Shown piece by piece: positions 28,946 through 37,101 of a stretch of 38,949 bases of DNA. The notes under the pieces were generated by a model that worked only from the letters and a program-made list of their open reading frames with translations, ran no database searches and had not been told where the DNA came from. The position numbers and the translations under genes are program-made. Position 1 is the stretch's first letter. The number at the start of each line of letters is the position of its first letter. Origin of the DNA: a virus (lineage: Duplodnaviria; Caudoviricetes); IMG/VR virus record IMGVR_UViG_3300025018_000056, positions 1 to 38,949 of that record. One strand, given 5' to 3'.

Positions 28946-30274
28946 TTAATATGAAATTTGAGGTCTTCTAATTGAAATATTGTTTTCTGCTACATTTTTT
29001 ATCTCAAAGAACATTCTCATCATCATACTATCAGACAAATCAGGACTTCTTCCAAGTATTTCTTTGATTTCTTCTTTAGGGACAATTCTTAGCTTATTAT
29101 CTTTATCAGCGTCTTTTGTTTTTAGCTGTTCAAGTTCTTCAATTAGCAGAGTTCTATCAAGGGTGCTAATTTCTTTTATTGATATAGCACGATTATTTAT
29201 CATTTCAGCTAGTTTGTAGTAGCATTGTGTCTTTAAATTTTGGTAATTTTCTTCTTTTAATGGTCTGGAATTGTTTATAAATCCTTTTATTCCTCTTAAA
29301 ATATCCACCAATCCACCACCAACACCATCATCATCAGCTATTATACTTGAATAAGGGATGTGTTCTTCAATAGCTAGGTTTCTTACTTTCTCGGCTAATT
29401 GGTCTATACCTATTTTTGTAAAGGTTACTATTTTATAAATCGTTAAATCATTCCAAAGCATTATTACACTCTTATCTCTACCATATCTTGCTACATCAAC
29501 TGTCATCCATCTTCTACCATTCTCAGAGTGAGGGTTGGTAAATAAGTCTATAATAGCGTCATAAGTCAGAAGTGCAGAAGGGTCATCATCATATTCCCAA
29601 TTACCAAACATCAATCTTTCTTTTGTAGCTTTATCTTTAATTTGTGCTAGTTGTTTTTTATAACTCTCAGCAGTATAAGGATTATCTGAGTAAAGACTTT
29701 GAATGAAAGCTATATTTTCAGGTAAATTTCCAGCTTTATATGGTTTAAAATAGTCTTGATAAGTCCAATTCTTCTTAGGATTGCCTGTTATCAAGAGCGT
29801 TGGTCTTATTTTATCGTTCAAATGTCTTCCAATACGAGACCCTAAAACATCTTTAGCCAAAGGATGAACCTCCCCAGCTTCTTCTATTGCTCCATCAGAG
29901 TATTCAAGTGAACCAAATCTTTCATATAATGGGTCAGAAGGAATGAATTTAAGGTCTAACAAATCAATTCTACTGCCATTTTTAAACTCTATGTAGTTAT
30001 ATTGTCCGTTAAGTTTCCAATCATCTTTAGGTATATTGTGGTGTTGGGTTACTTTACACCAAGTTACATAAGTAGATTGCATCAAGCGTTTCAATTCTTC
30101 TCTACCAATAAAGGATCGGTAACCTGGATAGAGATAACAGTTTACTAGTCTTGTTTCACATATCAACCAGCTCTTTCCTCCACCAGCACCACCACCGAGA
30201 AATACTTCGTCTTTAATCTTCAATGCTTCCCACGCTTCGTATTGTTTGATTGTCGGCTTCAAGATTATCTCCAT
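28946..30274 (-). CDS. terL: Terminase large subunit
   Basis: Walker A GGGAGGGKS; Walker B AIEEA; TGNP; nuclease motifs VDVARYGRD and SPDLSD. Confidence 0.95.
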   Translation of the reverse strand: MEIILKPTIKQYEAWEALKIKDEVFLGGGAGGGKSWLICETRLVNCYLYPGYRSFIGREELKRLMQSTYVTWCKVTQHHNIPKDDWKLNGQYNYIEFKNGSRIDLLDLKFIPSDPLYERFGSLEYSDGAIEEAGEVHPLAKDVLGSRIGRHLNDKIRPTLLITGNPKKNWTYQDYFKPYKAGNLPENIAFIQSLYSDNPYTAESYKKQLAQIKDKATKERLMFGNWEYDDDPSALLTYDAIIDLFTNPHSENGRRWMTVDVARYGRDKSVIMLWNDLTIYKIVTFTKIGIDQLAEKVRNLAIEEHIPYSSIIADDDGVGGGLVDILRGIKGFINNSRPLKEENYQNLKTQCYYKLAEMINNRAISIKEISTLDRTLLIEELEQLKTKDADKDNKLRIVPKEEIKEILGRSPDLSDSMMMRMFFEIKNVAENNISIRRPQISY

Positions 30275-30650
30275 AGTCAGGTTTTATCATTTTAATTTCT
30301 CTTATTTCTACTACTTCTCTTTCAGTTTCTCCACCTGTAGCTAATTGGTAATTCTTATTTAGTTTATCTACTATTTCAGCTAGGTCTTTTGCTTTGCTTT
30401 TTTCTAGTTTCTTCTCGGTAATATAGGTTATTGCCATTCTTCTTTTATCATCAAGCATTTTAGCCCAATCACTAGTAGCTTTCTTTACGTGTTCACTCTC
30501 TAAAATCATTTGAGGGTTCTTTGCCATTGCTTCAGAATAACCTGCTTCTAATGCTAATTCTCCTAAAGATTTAGTATTTCTAGGTGTGCCAAGATTTTCC
30601 AATAGCAATTTAATAAATTTTTCTTGTCTTGGTGTTCCTAATTCTCCCAT
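30213..30650 (-). CDS. terS: Terminase small subunit
   Basis: TPRQEKF...ALEAGYS HTH motif; immediately upstream of terL. Confidence 0.75.
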   Translation of the reverse strand: MGELGTPRQEKFIKLLLENLGTPRNTKSLGELALEAGYSEAMAKNPQMILESEHVKKATSDWAKMLDDKRRMAITYITEKKLEKSKAKDLAEIVDKLNKNYQLATGGETEREVVEIREIKMIKPDYGDNLEADNQTIRSVGSIED

Positions 30651-30670
30651 ATAATTTTACTAAGTTAAGA

Positions 30671-30865
30671 CTATTTTATAACCACATCTATCTCAGGTTT
30701 GTTTTCTCCTATCTGATAGATTTCGTTTGAGTAATTTTCTTCATCAGTAGCTATCTTTAATTCAGCACCTAGACTCTGCATAAATTCAGCTGTCTTGATA
30801 CTTATAACATCTCTTTCTTCTTTGGTTTTAAATACTTTGATTATAATTTCGTGCATAGGTTTCAT
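30671..30865 (-). CDS. Hypothetical protein
   Basis: TAATATG coupling. Confidence 0.6.
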   Translation of the reverse strand: MKPMHEIIIKVFKTKEERDVISIKTAEFMQSLGAELKIATDEENYSNEIYQIGENKPEIDVVIK

Positions 30866-30866
30866 A

Positions 30867-31085
30867 TTATTCTAGGTGTGACAAATATGTTTGTTGAATC
30901 TTTACTCCTGATAAATTACTTATTTTATCACTTAACATTTTAATAACTATCATTGCGTCTTGAACTTGAAGATTTTTTTCTATTAAGATTTTATAAAACT
31001 CATCAGCTACATTTTGATTTGAGTCAATTCTTTCTTTATTCTCTCTTTCTTCTCTTGATTTTGCTAAGTTTAAAATGTTTGTCAT
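30867..31085 (-). CDS. Hypothetical protein
   Basis: Packed ORF. Confidence 0.6.
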   Translation of the reverse strand: MTNILNLAKSREERENKERIDSNQNVADEFYKILIEKNLQVQDAMIVIKMLSDKISNLSGVKIQQTYLSHLE

Positions 31086-31231
31086 ATTTTTTTAAATCCT
31101 TTATCAGTTAATTTATAAACTCCATCTGATTTTATTTTGGGTTTTATGTTTTTATAAAATTCTTCTCTTTTCTTAAAGTCTTCTTTGGTTGATTTATATT
31201 TAGCTGAGGAATTTTTAGAACAATCACTCAT
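31082..31231 (-). CDS. Small basic protein (49 aa, MSDCSKNSS...)
   Basis: Hand-translated; ATGA overlaps at both ends. Confidence 0.55.
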   Translation of the reverse strand: MSDCSKNSSAKYKSTKEDFKKREEFYKNIKPKIKSDGVYKLTDKGFKKI

Positions 31232-31386
31232 AATTTTTTAGATTTTAAATAAAATTCCCATTCACATTTACATTTGGGACAGAAACAGTAGCCTTTTCCT
31301 TCTCTTATGGCTAAGTCAATATCACAATCAGGGCATTTTCCTGTTAAGTCCTCTGGTTTTTTAATTTCGTGGCGTTTATTTTTCAT
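31228..31386 (-). CDS. Small zinc-ribbon protein (52 aa)
   Basis: Hand-translated; CPDC...CPKC; ATGA overlap. Confidence 0.6.
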   Translation of the reverse strand: MKNKRHEIKKPEDLTGKCPDCDIDLAIREGKGYCFCPKCKCEWEFYLKSKKL

Positions 31387-31824
31387 AGTTAAGTGTAAGG
31401 CATTTATGGATTGGTGATAGTTCGTACATACTTCTAATTCATACTTCTGTTAGTATAAGGTTTTATAGAGCCGTAGCCTTATAGACCTTTGACAAGTAAG
31501 AAAAATGATTAATGGTGAGTATAACAATTCCTCTATCATTATAGTTTGTCCCAAATGCGTTACAATTAAATATTAAAAAAATAGTGCAAAAAAAACACTA
31601 TTTACGTTTACCACCACATTTTTTATTTAGCTTCATAACTCTGACATTACGGAAGCTGAAATTGCTTCTGGTACTTTGCATTTATAAATTCCAAACAGGA
31701 TTTTGAGTTTGCACTCTCTAAGCGTTTATCCAAAATAAATAACAAAGTATCAGAAAATTAATTACCTATATTATACTATACACGATAAATCACGCAACCT
31801 TGGTGAGCGAAAGTTATCCACTTT

Positions 31825-32037
31825 TTAGCCCCAAAGAAAACCATTGTCATATAAATCTAACAGTTCTCTAGCCAAAATATCCATTTCTTTATAGAGTTCA
31901 TTATACTCCCTATCCGATTGGATTTGTTCGTTATAAAAACCTAACTTAGCTAATTCAAGTTTTCTGTACTTAGCTCTCTCTTGCAAGATTACAATTCTCT
32001 TGCGAATATTAATAATTTTGAAACACATATCATACAA
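31825..32037 (-). CDS. Hypothetical protein
   Basis: ORF only; start uncertain. Confidence 0.5.
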   Translation of the reverse strand: MYDMCFKIINIRKRIVILQERAKYRKLELAKLGFYNEQIQSDREYNELYKEMDILARELLDLYDNGFLWG

Positions 32038-32141
32038 GCATTTTAGATATGAATTAAAGGCTCTATTTTGATTAAAAATGTTCGTTTGGGGGGATTATAC
32101 CTTTTGAGGGTGCAATGGGGTTTAAATCGCCAAATTTTAAG

Positions 32142-32732
32142 CTATACGCTATTCTGGTGTTGGAGTTCGTCATACAACTTCTCGTATTTGTCTTTAATCT
32201 CTAAAAGTTGCTCATAAGTCAAAGGTTCTTCGGTATTTCTGCGATAAATAATTTCTCTTACCCATTCTTCGCCAAAATCTTGTTCAAGTCTTTTCCCAAA
32301 TTCATATTCTTCTCCACTCTTAGCAAAATTACATTCTGAACATTGAAGTTGTATATGATTAAATTCAAAGTCAATCGCTTTCCACTTTGTCCTTCCCCTG
32401 TGTTTGAAGTGTCCACCTTGCAATTCTTTGATTGAGAATTGACGACCGCAAGTATAACAACAGGCGTATTCTTTTCCTTTGGACTTTTTAGCTTTTAAAT
32501 ATTTAATAAAAGTAGCCCAAACCTTTTTTCCAAAAACTAAATTTGATTTTGATTTATCTTCTCGTTTTCTTTTGCGTGTTTCTTTTTTTCTTTCCTCTCT
32601 GCGTTTTAAAACTTGTTTTTGGTGTTTTTCTTTTTTGATTATCCACTGGCAGTCAGAACAGAATTTTGAGATGTTAATTCCATTTTGTTTTCTTGGAGTA
32701 AATGGTTGAGAACATTTTGGACAAAGTTTCAT
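32142..32732 (-). CDS. ninG: NinG/Rap-like HNH-family nuclease
   Basis: CYTCG...GHF...NHIQLQCSECN motif; extra N-terminal zinc finger. Confidence 0.8.
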   Translation of the reverse strand: MKLCPKCSQPFTPRKQNGINISKFCSDCQWIIKKEKHQKQVLKRREERKKETRKRKREDKSKSNLVFGKKVWATFIKYLKAKKSKGKEYACCYTCGRQFSIKELQGGHFKHRGRTKWKAIDFEFNHIQLQCSECNFAKSGEEYEFGKRLEQDFGEEWVREIIYRRNTEEPLTYEQLLEIKDKYEKLYDELQHQNSV

Positions 32733-32799
32733 AAGTCTCTTTCGTTGAAATTAGTCTTTAACTTATCATACCATAGTTTTAAGTTGTAGAGAAGAATTT

Positions 32800-33000
32800 T
32801 TAGCATAAAATTTCTGCGGTTTTAACTTCTAAATGACTATACCCTCTTTCTTCAATCCATTTTTTAGCGTCTTTTTTTCTTAAAAAAGCGTTGACACTTT
32901 CGATATAAATTCCATTTTCACCAATCTTATCACATCTTGACCACGCTTCCATTTTCCAGATATTAGGTTTTCCTTTGTGTGCTATTAAATATACTTTCAT
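32800..33000 (-). CDS. Hypothetical protein
   Basis: TAATAATATG start. Confidence 0.6.
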   Translation of the reverse strand: MKVYLIAHKGKPNIWKMEAWSRCDKIGENGIYIESVNAFLRKKDAKKWIEERGYSHLEVKTAEILC

Positions 33001-33030
33001 ATTATTAAATGTTTATATTAAACTTCTTTA

Positions 33031-33366
33031 TTAACAATTATTAAGATTTTCTTCTCTGATATAATTTAACCAAGTATCTTCTTGTATATTTCTTTTCTTT
33101 CTAATTTTTGGGTCAGTAGGTAAAAATAATTTTTCAACATTTTGTACAACACATCTGCATCGTTTTACATTGTCTTCTCTAATTAATTTAAGAGCATTAG
33201 TTGAAATATACCATTTTTTAGTTTCTTCGTCTTGATACATTTCTTCTGGATAATATTCTTGTATAATTTGAAATGTTAGTTGAGCATCATCATTTCTTGT
33301 AAATGGATATTTGTTTAATACGAATAAAACTTTTTCTTTAATTTTTTTTAACCTTTCAGTACTCAT
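33031..33366 (-). CDS. Hypothetical phage protein
   Basis: KVLFVLNKYPFTRNDD...RCRCVVQN...LPT pattern. Confidence 0.7.
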   Translation of the reverse strand: MSTERLKKIKEKVLFVLNKYPFTRNDDAQLTFQIIQEYYPEEMYQDEETKKWYISTNALKLIREDNVKRCRCVVQNVEKLFLPTDPKIRKKRNIQEDTWLNYIREENLNNC

Positions 33367-33367
33367 A

Positions 33368-33538
33368 TTATTTACTTTTAAAAATAATTATAATAGGATT
33401 TTCTGGATAAACGTGTGGTGAGATAGCTTCTAATTCATCAACTTTATTTAATTTTTTAACCAATTCATCTATTGCAACAGCTAATACTTGTTCATCGTTG
33501 GTATCCCAAATTATCTCTGCTTTGAATACTCTTTTCAT
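33368..33538 (-). CDS. Small hypothetical protein (56 aa, MKRVFKAEIIWD...)
   Basis: Hand-translated; TAATATG coupling to the next gene. Confidence 0.6.
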   Translation of the reverse strand: MKRVFKAEIIWDTNDEQVLAVAIDELVKKLNKVDELEAISPHVYPENPIIIIFKSK

Positions 33539-33542
33539 ATAA

Positions 33543-33725
33543 TTATTCTGTTTTATCTAAATCCTCTGCTATTTCTTCTACTTTTTGATTAGTGTAAGGC
33601 TTTGATTCATCTGTTATAGAACCACCAAGAGTAAAGACATCTTTCACAACAGCAATAGGCAACTCTACTGCGATTTGAAATGTTGCTTTAAAAAGTTTTC
33701 CAATCATATATTTTAATTTATTCAC
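33543..33725 (-). CDS. Hypothetical phage protein
   Basis: LPIAVVKDVFTLGG motif; packed ORF. Confidence 0.65.
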   Translation of the reverse strand: MNKLKYMIGKLFKATFQIAVELPIAVVKDVFTLGGSITDESKPYTNQKVEEIAEDLDKTE

Positions 33726-33727
33726 TT

Positions 33728-33970
33728 TTAAGAGTTAAAAACTAAATTGCCTATTTTTTTAATAATCTTGTCTGGTAAATCTAAATCGTCTTTACATTCA
33801 AAGAAATATTTTTGTTTTTTGTTATCATAATATCCTATATATTTTTCTGATAAATCTGGTTTCACTAAAAAATATAAGTATTCTTTAGAGTTAGCTCTAT
33901 TCTGCCCACCATATACTTCGTATTTTTCTTTGTTATGTTGAAAAGTTAAGTATGTTTTTACCATTAACAT
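33728..33970 (-). CDS. Hypothetical protein
   Basis: Intact ORF just beyond the hypermutated tract. Confidence 0.6.
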   Translation of the reverse strand: MLMVKTYLTFQHNKEKYEVYGGQNRANSKEYLYFLVKPDLSEKYIGYYDNKKQKYFFECKDDLDLPDKIIKKIGNLVFNS

Positions 33971-33974
33971 ATAA

Positions 33975-34232
33975 TTATTTTTTAAGAATAAATTTTAAAT
34001 ATTTTAATTTTTAAATGTAAAATTTAAAATTTAGTTCTTATTGTATTTCTACTAATAAAAAATTGATAACTTATTCTCCTTTTCTTTTCTTTAAAACCCA
34101 AACCAAACCACAATCTTCTTTTTTTAAATCTAATAGTTTAATAATTTCTAAAACTTGGTCTTGCCACCTATAAATAGCAAACTTTTTATTCTCTAATTTT
34201 TTGTATTATAAAATATTTCCTATTCCTTCCAT
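33975..34232 (-). pseudogene. 85-aa gene broken by 4 in-frame TAA codons (probably former CAA)
   Basis: MEGIGNIL*YKKLENKKFAIYRWQDQVLEIIKLL...KGE*VIN...IQ*EL...YI*KLKYLKFILKK; fills the gap exactly and has a TAATATG start. Confidence 0.7.
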
Positions 34233-34233
34233 A

Positions 34234-34890
34234 TTAAATTAAAATTTGTTAACTCAATCTCTTTTTAATTATTTCACAATACTCACTTAATATTTCAAAA
34301 CCAATATAATTTCTATTTAAATCCATACAAACACAAACTATTATACCACTACCCATAAATAAATCGTAAATTATATCATTTTCTTTTGAACTCATTAAAA
34401 TAAACTTAAAAAATAACTCTATCGATTTTTGAATAAAATGAACTCTATTTATAAATACAAATATTAATAAATAAGATTTTTCACAATTTCCATTAAATAA
34501 AACATTTCTTTTTTTTACCATCACACATAATTCTCCACTTGATAACCAAAAATATTATCCATTCATTATATTAAAATTTGATTTTACCCAACAAAATTTC
34601 CTTATAATTAAATCATTATTTTTACATTCTTCAAATATATAAAAAAACTATTCATCAACACAAAAAATATAAACACCATTTTTAAAAACTCTAATCATTT
34701 CTTTTATCCATTATAAAACAGTTTCAATACTAATTCCTTTATCCCATTCACCAAAATCTATTTCTCTTAAACCACCATTTTCTTGTGAAATATTGTATGG
34801 AATATCTGTTATTACCAAATCCACAAAATTATCAGGCATTCTTTTCATCGTCTCAAGACAATCTTCATTATAAATCTCATTTATTTTCAT
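34234..34890 (-). pseudogene. Beta-class N4-C/N6-A DNA methyltransferase inactivated by C-to-T hypermutation
   Basis: IYNEDCLETMKRMPDNFVDLVITDIPY N-terminus; degenerate HFIQKS and DLFMGSGII; stops at 34711-13, 34648-50, 34555-57 and 34249-51. Confidence 0.92.
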
Positions 34891-35075
34891 ACTAAATTTT
34901 TATATCTTTTAGTTCTTTTGTCTAGTCTTGTTTTTTCTAATTCACCACCATTATTTTTATAGTATAAGTCTAGTATCTCGGTTAGTTTTTTAGCCATACT
35001 TTTATTTCCTTTTGTTAGGTGTAATCTTTCCCAATTTACCCTATCTATCTTGATGTTTTTTCTCTTATCTAACAT
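34887..35075 (-). CDS. Small basic protein, possible ribbon-helix-helix regulator
   Basis: RKNIKID strand then helices; first substantial gene of the leftward arm; ATGA overlap with the methyltransferase. Confidence 0.55.
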   Translation of the reverse strand: MLDKRKNIKIDRVNWERLHLTKGNKSMAKKLTEILDLYYKNNGGELEKTRLDKRTKRYKNLV

Positions 35076-35508
35076 ATTATTTAGTAAAAAGTATCCAGTG
35101 GCTACTTTACCATTTCCGCCTCATAAATTATTGGTTTATGTAGTTTAAAATTATATAAGATATTAAATTGGTATTAGCAGAAGATTATCAAATGAGGCTC
35201 TCGGTTGTCAGGTAGGACAGAGCCGAGAATTGTATCTGATAACCTTTTGTCCTTGTCAGCTCATTCTGACAAGTTAGCTGTTCCTTAAAAGGTATAAAGA
35301 TTTTGTGGGCAGTTCTTTATAATTAACTGGGTTTAATATCTATTGTATAAAAAAAACGCTTACAACTTGAGAGGAGCTTTGGAGTTAACGAAAAAGTTAA
35401 TTTCCGCCACTCCCCCGCAGTTGTAAACGCTTTTATAGGTTATAAAATTGTACACTACGAGTTGTATCCCAAGTTGGCTCATACGAGCAGTATTTAATAT
35501 TATTTATA

Positions 35509-35537
35509 ATTAAATCACATTATTTAAAACTTGTCAA
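35509..35537 (-). promoter_or_regulatory. Candidate second leftward promoter
   Basis: TTGACA-17 nt-TTTAAT (weak -10); DnaA-like box at 35543-35550. Confidence 0.4.
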
Positions 35538-35660
35538 GAAAGTTATCCACTTTTTTTAAACCTATCAGGAGCAGGTTATCAGTTTTTAACTGAACGAGTC
35601 TTGCGACCACCTGCTCCACATTGCTTTGATAGGTTATCAAGGTCTTGCTTTGATATTTAT

Positions 35661-35689
35661 AGTTTAGCACAAAAATAAAAGATTGTCAA
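35661..35689 (-). promoter_or_regulatory. Leftward sigma70 promoter
   Basis: TTGACA-17 nt-TAAACT with extended -10 TG. Confidence 0.75.
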
Positions 35690-35702
35690 GAAAAAACATA
35701 AC

Positions 35703-35731
35703 TTGACAGGTGGATAAGTTTGTGGTATTAT
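35703..35731 (+). promoter_or_regulatory. Rightward sigma70 promoter with a DnaA-like box in the spacer
   Basis: TTGACA-17 nt-TATTAT with TG; GTGGATAA in the spacer. Confidence 0.8.
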
Positions 35732-35813
35732 ATAAATGGCTTTGGTTGGTGGGCATTGATTAAGTTCATATAAGTTCTTCCCACCAGCCAGAGTTGGTCT
35801 AACTAAGTATTAT

Positions 35814-36077
35814 ATGGAAAAAAGATTTTGGGACATTGATATATTTTTTTCTAACAGTGGAATAATAGAAAAAGGTGTATTTAGTTTCAATAAACTTTAT
35901 GCAGATACAATTACAATAAAAGATGTTGAAAAATTTGTTAAAAGGAAATTAAGAAGATGTGGCAAAAGAGAAAACCCAGATGTAATATGTAGTGCGTGGG
36001 CTGAAAGAGATGGGGATAATTTAGTTGATTATAGAAGTGAAAGGGGAAGAAAAAAATATTATAAAATATATGAGTAA
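35814..36077 (+). CDS. Hypothetical early protein
   Basis: First ORF after the rightward promoter. Confidence 0.65.
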   Translation: MEKRFWDIDIFFSNSGIIEKGVFSFNKLYADTITIKDVEKFVKRKLRRCGKRENPDVICSAWAERDGDNLVDYRSERGRKKYYKIYE

Positions 36078-36420
36078 AAGACAAGACTATTGGTTAGAGA
36101 AAGGATATACAAAAGAACAGATTGAAAATCATCTGTCTTTTGAGAGATATAAAGCTAAACAAACAAGAGATAGAAAGAAAAAGAATAACGAAAAAAACAA
36201 AGAGATTATTGAACAAATTAAAAATGATTTAGTCGGGAAAACTTTTGATAGCGGAAGATTAAAAGTAAAAATATTATCAATTAGTCCAACAATAGATGGT
36301 GTAGGGTTTTGGTTTAAGATGATTAAAACTTTTAAAGATGGAAGTCAAGGAGAGTTTAAAGAGTTTAGTCATTTTGAAAATTATAACAAAGAAGAATTTA
36401 TTGAATACTTAAAATACTAA
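36070..36420 (+). CDS. Hypothetical protein (likely start MSKRQDY)
   Basis: ATATATG context at 36070 preferred over the upstream TTG. Confidence 0.65.
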   Translation: MSKRQDYWLEKGYTKEQIENHLSFERYKAKQTRDRKKKNNEKNKEIIEQIKNDLVGKTFDSGRLKVKILSISPTIDGVGFWFKMIKTFKDGSQGEFKEFSHFENYNKEEFIEYLKY

Positions 36421-36422
36421 TT

Positions 36423-36632
36423 ATGAAATATAGTAAATACCAAAAAGCAAAAATAGAAAAACTTAAACTAAAAGTTTTTGACCTTTACAAGCAAGGATAT
36501 ACTTGTAGAGAAGTTTCTGATTTAATCAAAAATCAGCGTTCTTATACTTGGGTAGCAGATGTTGTTAAAGAGCTTGAAAATAAAGACTTTACTGACTTAT
36601 CCACAACAACATTTGACAAAACAAAACAATAG
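36423..36632 (+). CDS. Helix-turn-helix protein
   Basis: LYKQGYTCREVSDLI...RSYTWV pattern. Confidence 0.7.
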   Translation: MKYSKYQKAKIEKLKLKVFDLYKQGYTCREVSDLIKNQRSYTWVADVVKELENKDFTDLSTTTFDKTKQ

Positions 36633-36641
36633 TGCTACAAT
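36597..36641 (+). promoter_or_regulatory. Consensus DnaA box plus sigma70 promoter
   Basis: TTATCCACA at 36597-36605; TTGACA (36613)-17 nt-TACAAT with TG. Confidence 0.8.
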
Positions 36642-36761
36642 GGTAATGCGAGAATAAATAATTTAAACCTCGCACCAAAAAACCAAAGTGTAGTAAGATG
36701 CATAATCGGTCAAGACTAATTATTCCACTACTACACTTCCTAATTCAATAACTATATTAGT

Positions 36762-36899
36762 ATGAACAAAAAATATTTCTTGCTCAAACAAAGAGCCAAA
36801 GGATTTATTCAAAAAACTTTACGAGACTTGTATAATTTCAAACAAGACTGTAAAGCAACAAACTTCTTAATTAAAAGAAATCCAATTATATGGCGATAA
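36762..36899 (+). CDS. Small basic protein (45 aa)
   Basis: Hand-translated MNKKYFLLKQRAKG... Confidence 0.5.
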   Translation: MNKKYFLLKQRAKGFIQKTLRDLYNFKQDCKATNFLIKRNPIIWR

Positions 36900-37090
36900 C
36901 AGGATTGTCAAAATGGTGTAATGAAAATATATTCACAAGTGCTTTTGAAGGATATAAAATTAAAAACAACACCCAAATAAACAATAATCAAAGATGTTCC
37001 AAATGCGGAACTAAAAAAGATTTATCTGAAATGATAGCTTATCAAAACAGATATGGGTTAGTTAAATATAAATGCAATAATCACTCTTAA
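36890..37090 (+). CDS. Small zinc-finger-like protein
   Basis: CSKC...CNNH. Confidence 0.55.
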   Translation: MAITGLSKWCNENIFTSAFEGYKIKNNTQINNNQRCSKCGTKKDLSEMIAYQNRYGLVKYKCNNHS

Positions 37091-37101
37091 TTATAAATAG
37101 T

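Noticed and set aside
34249-34524. Stand-alone 91-aa methyltransferase ORF from the ORF track
   Set aside because: It is only the fragment between two premature stops of the 34234-34890 pseudogene.
33975-34780. Diversity-generating retroelement variable region
   Set aside because: No reverse transcriptase or template repeat was seen. DGRs mutate A to N, whereas this is one-directional C-to-T.
34795-34806. DIPY instead of DPPY as part of the hypermutation
   Set aside because: ATT cannot arise from CCN by C-to-T alone, and it lies outside the depleted tract; probably a natural variant.
33975-34890. Stop-codon reassignment (TAA/TAG to Gln) in these genes
   Set aside because: TAA terminates most other genes, no suppressor tRNA is evident, and the accompanying Pro/Thr/Ala losses require DNA-level C-to-T change.
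35140-35800. tRNA genes in the structured intergenic region
   Set aside because: No cloverleaf with a T-loop GTTCRA and acceptor stem was recognised by eye; tRNAscan-SE would settle it.
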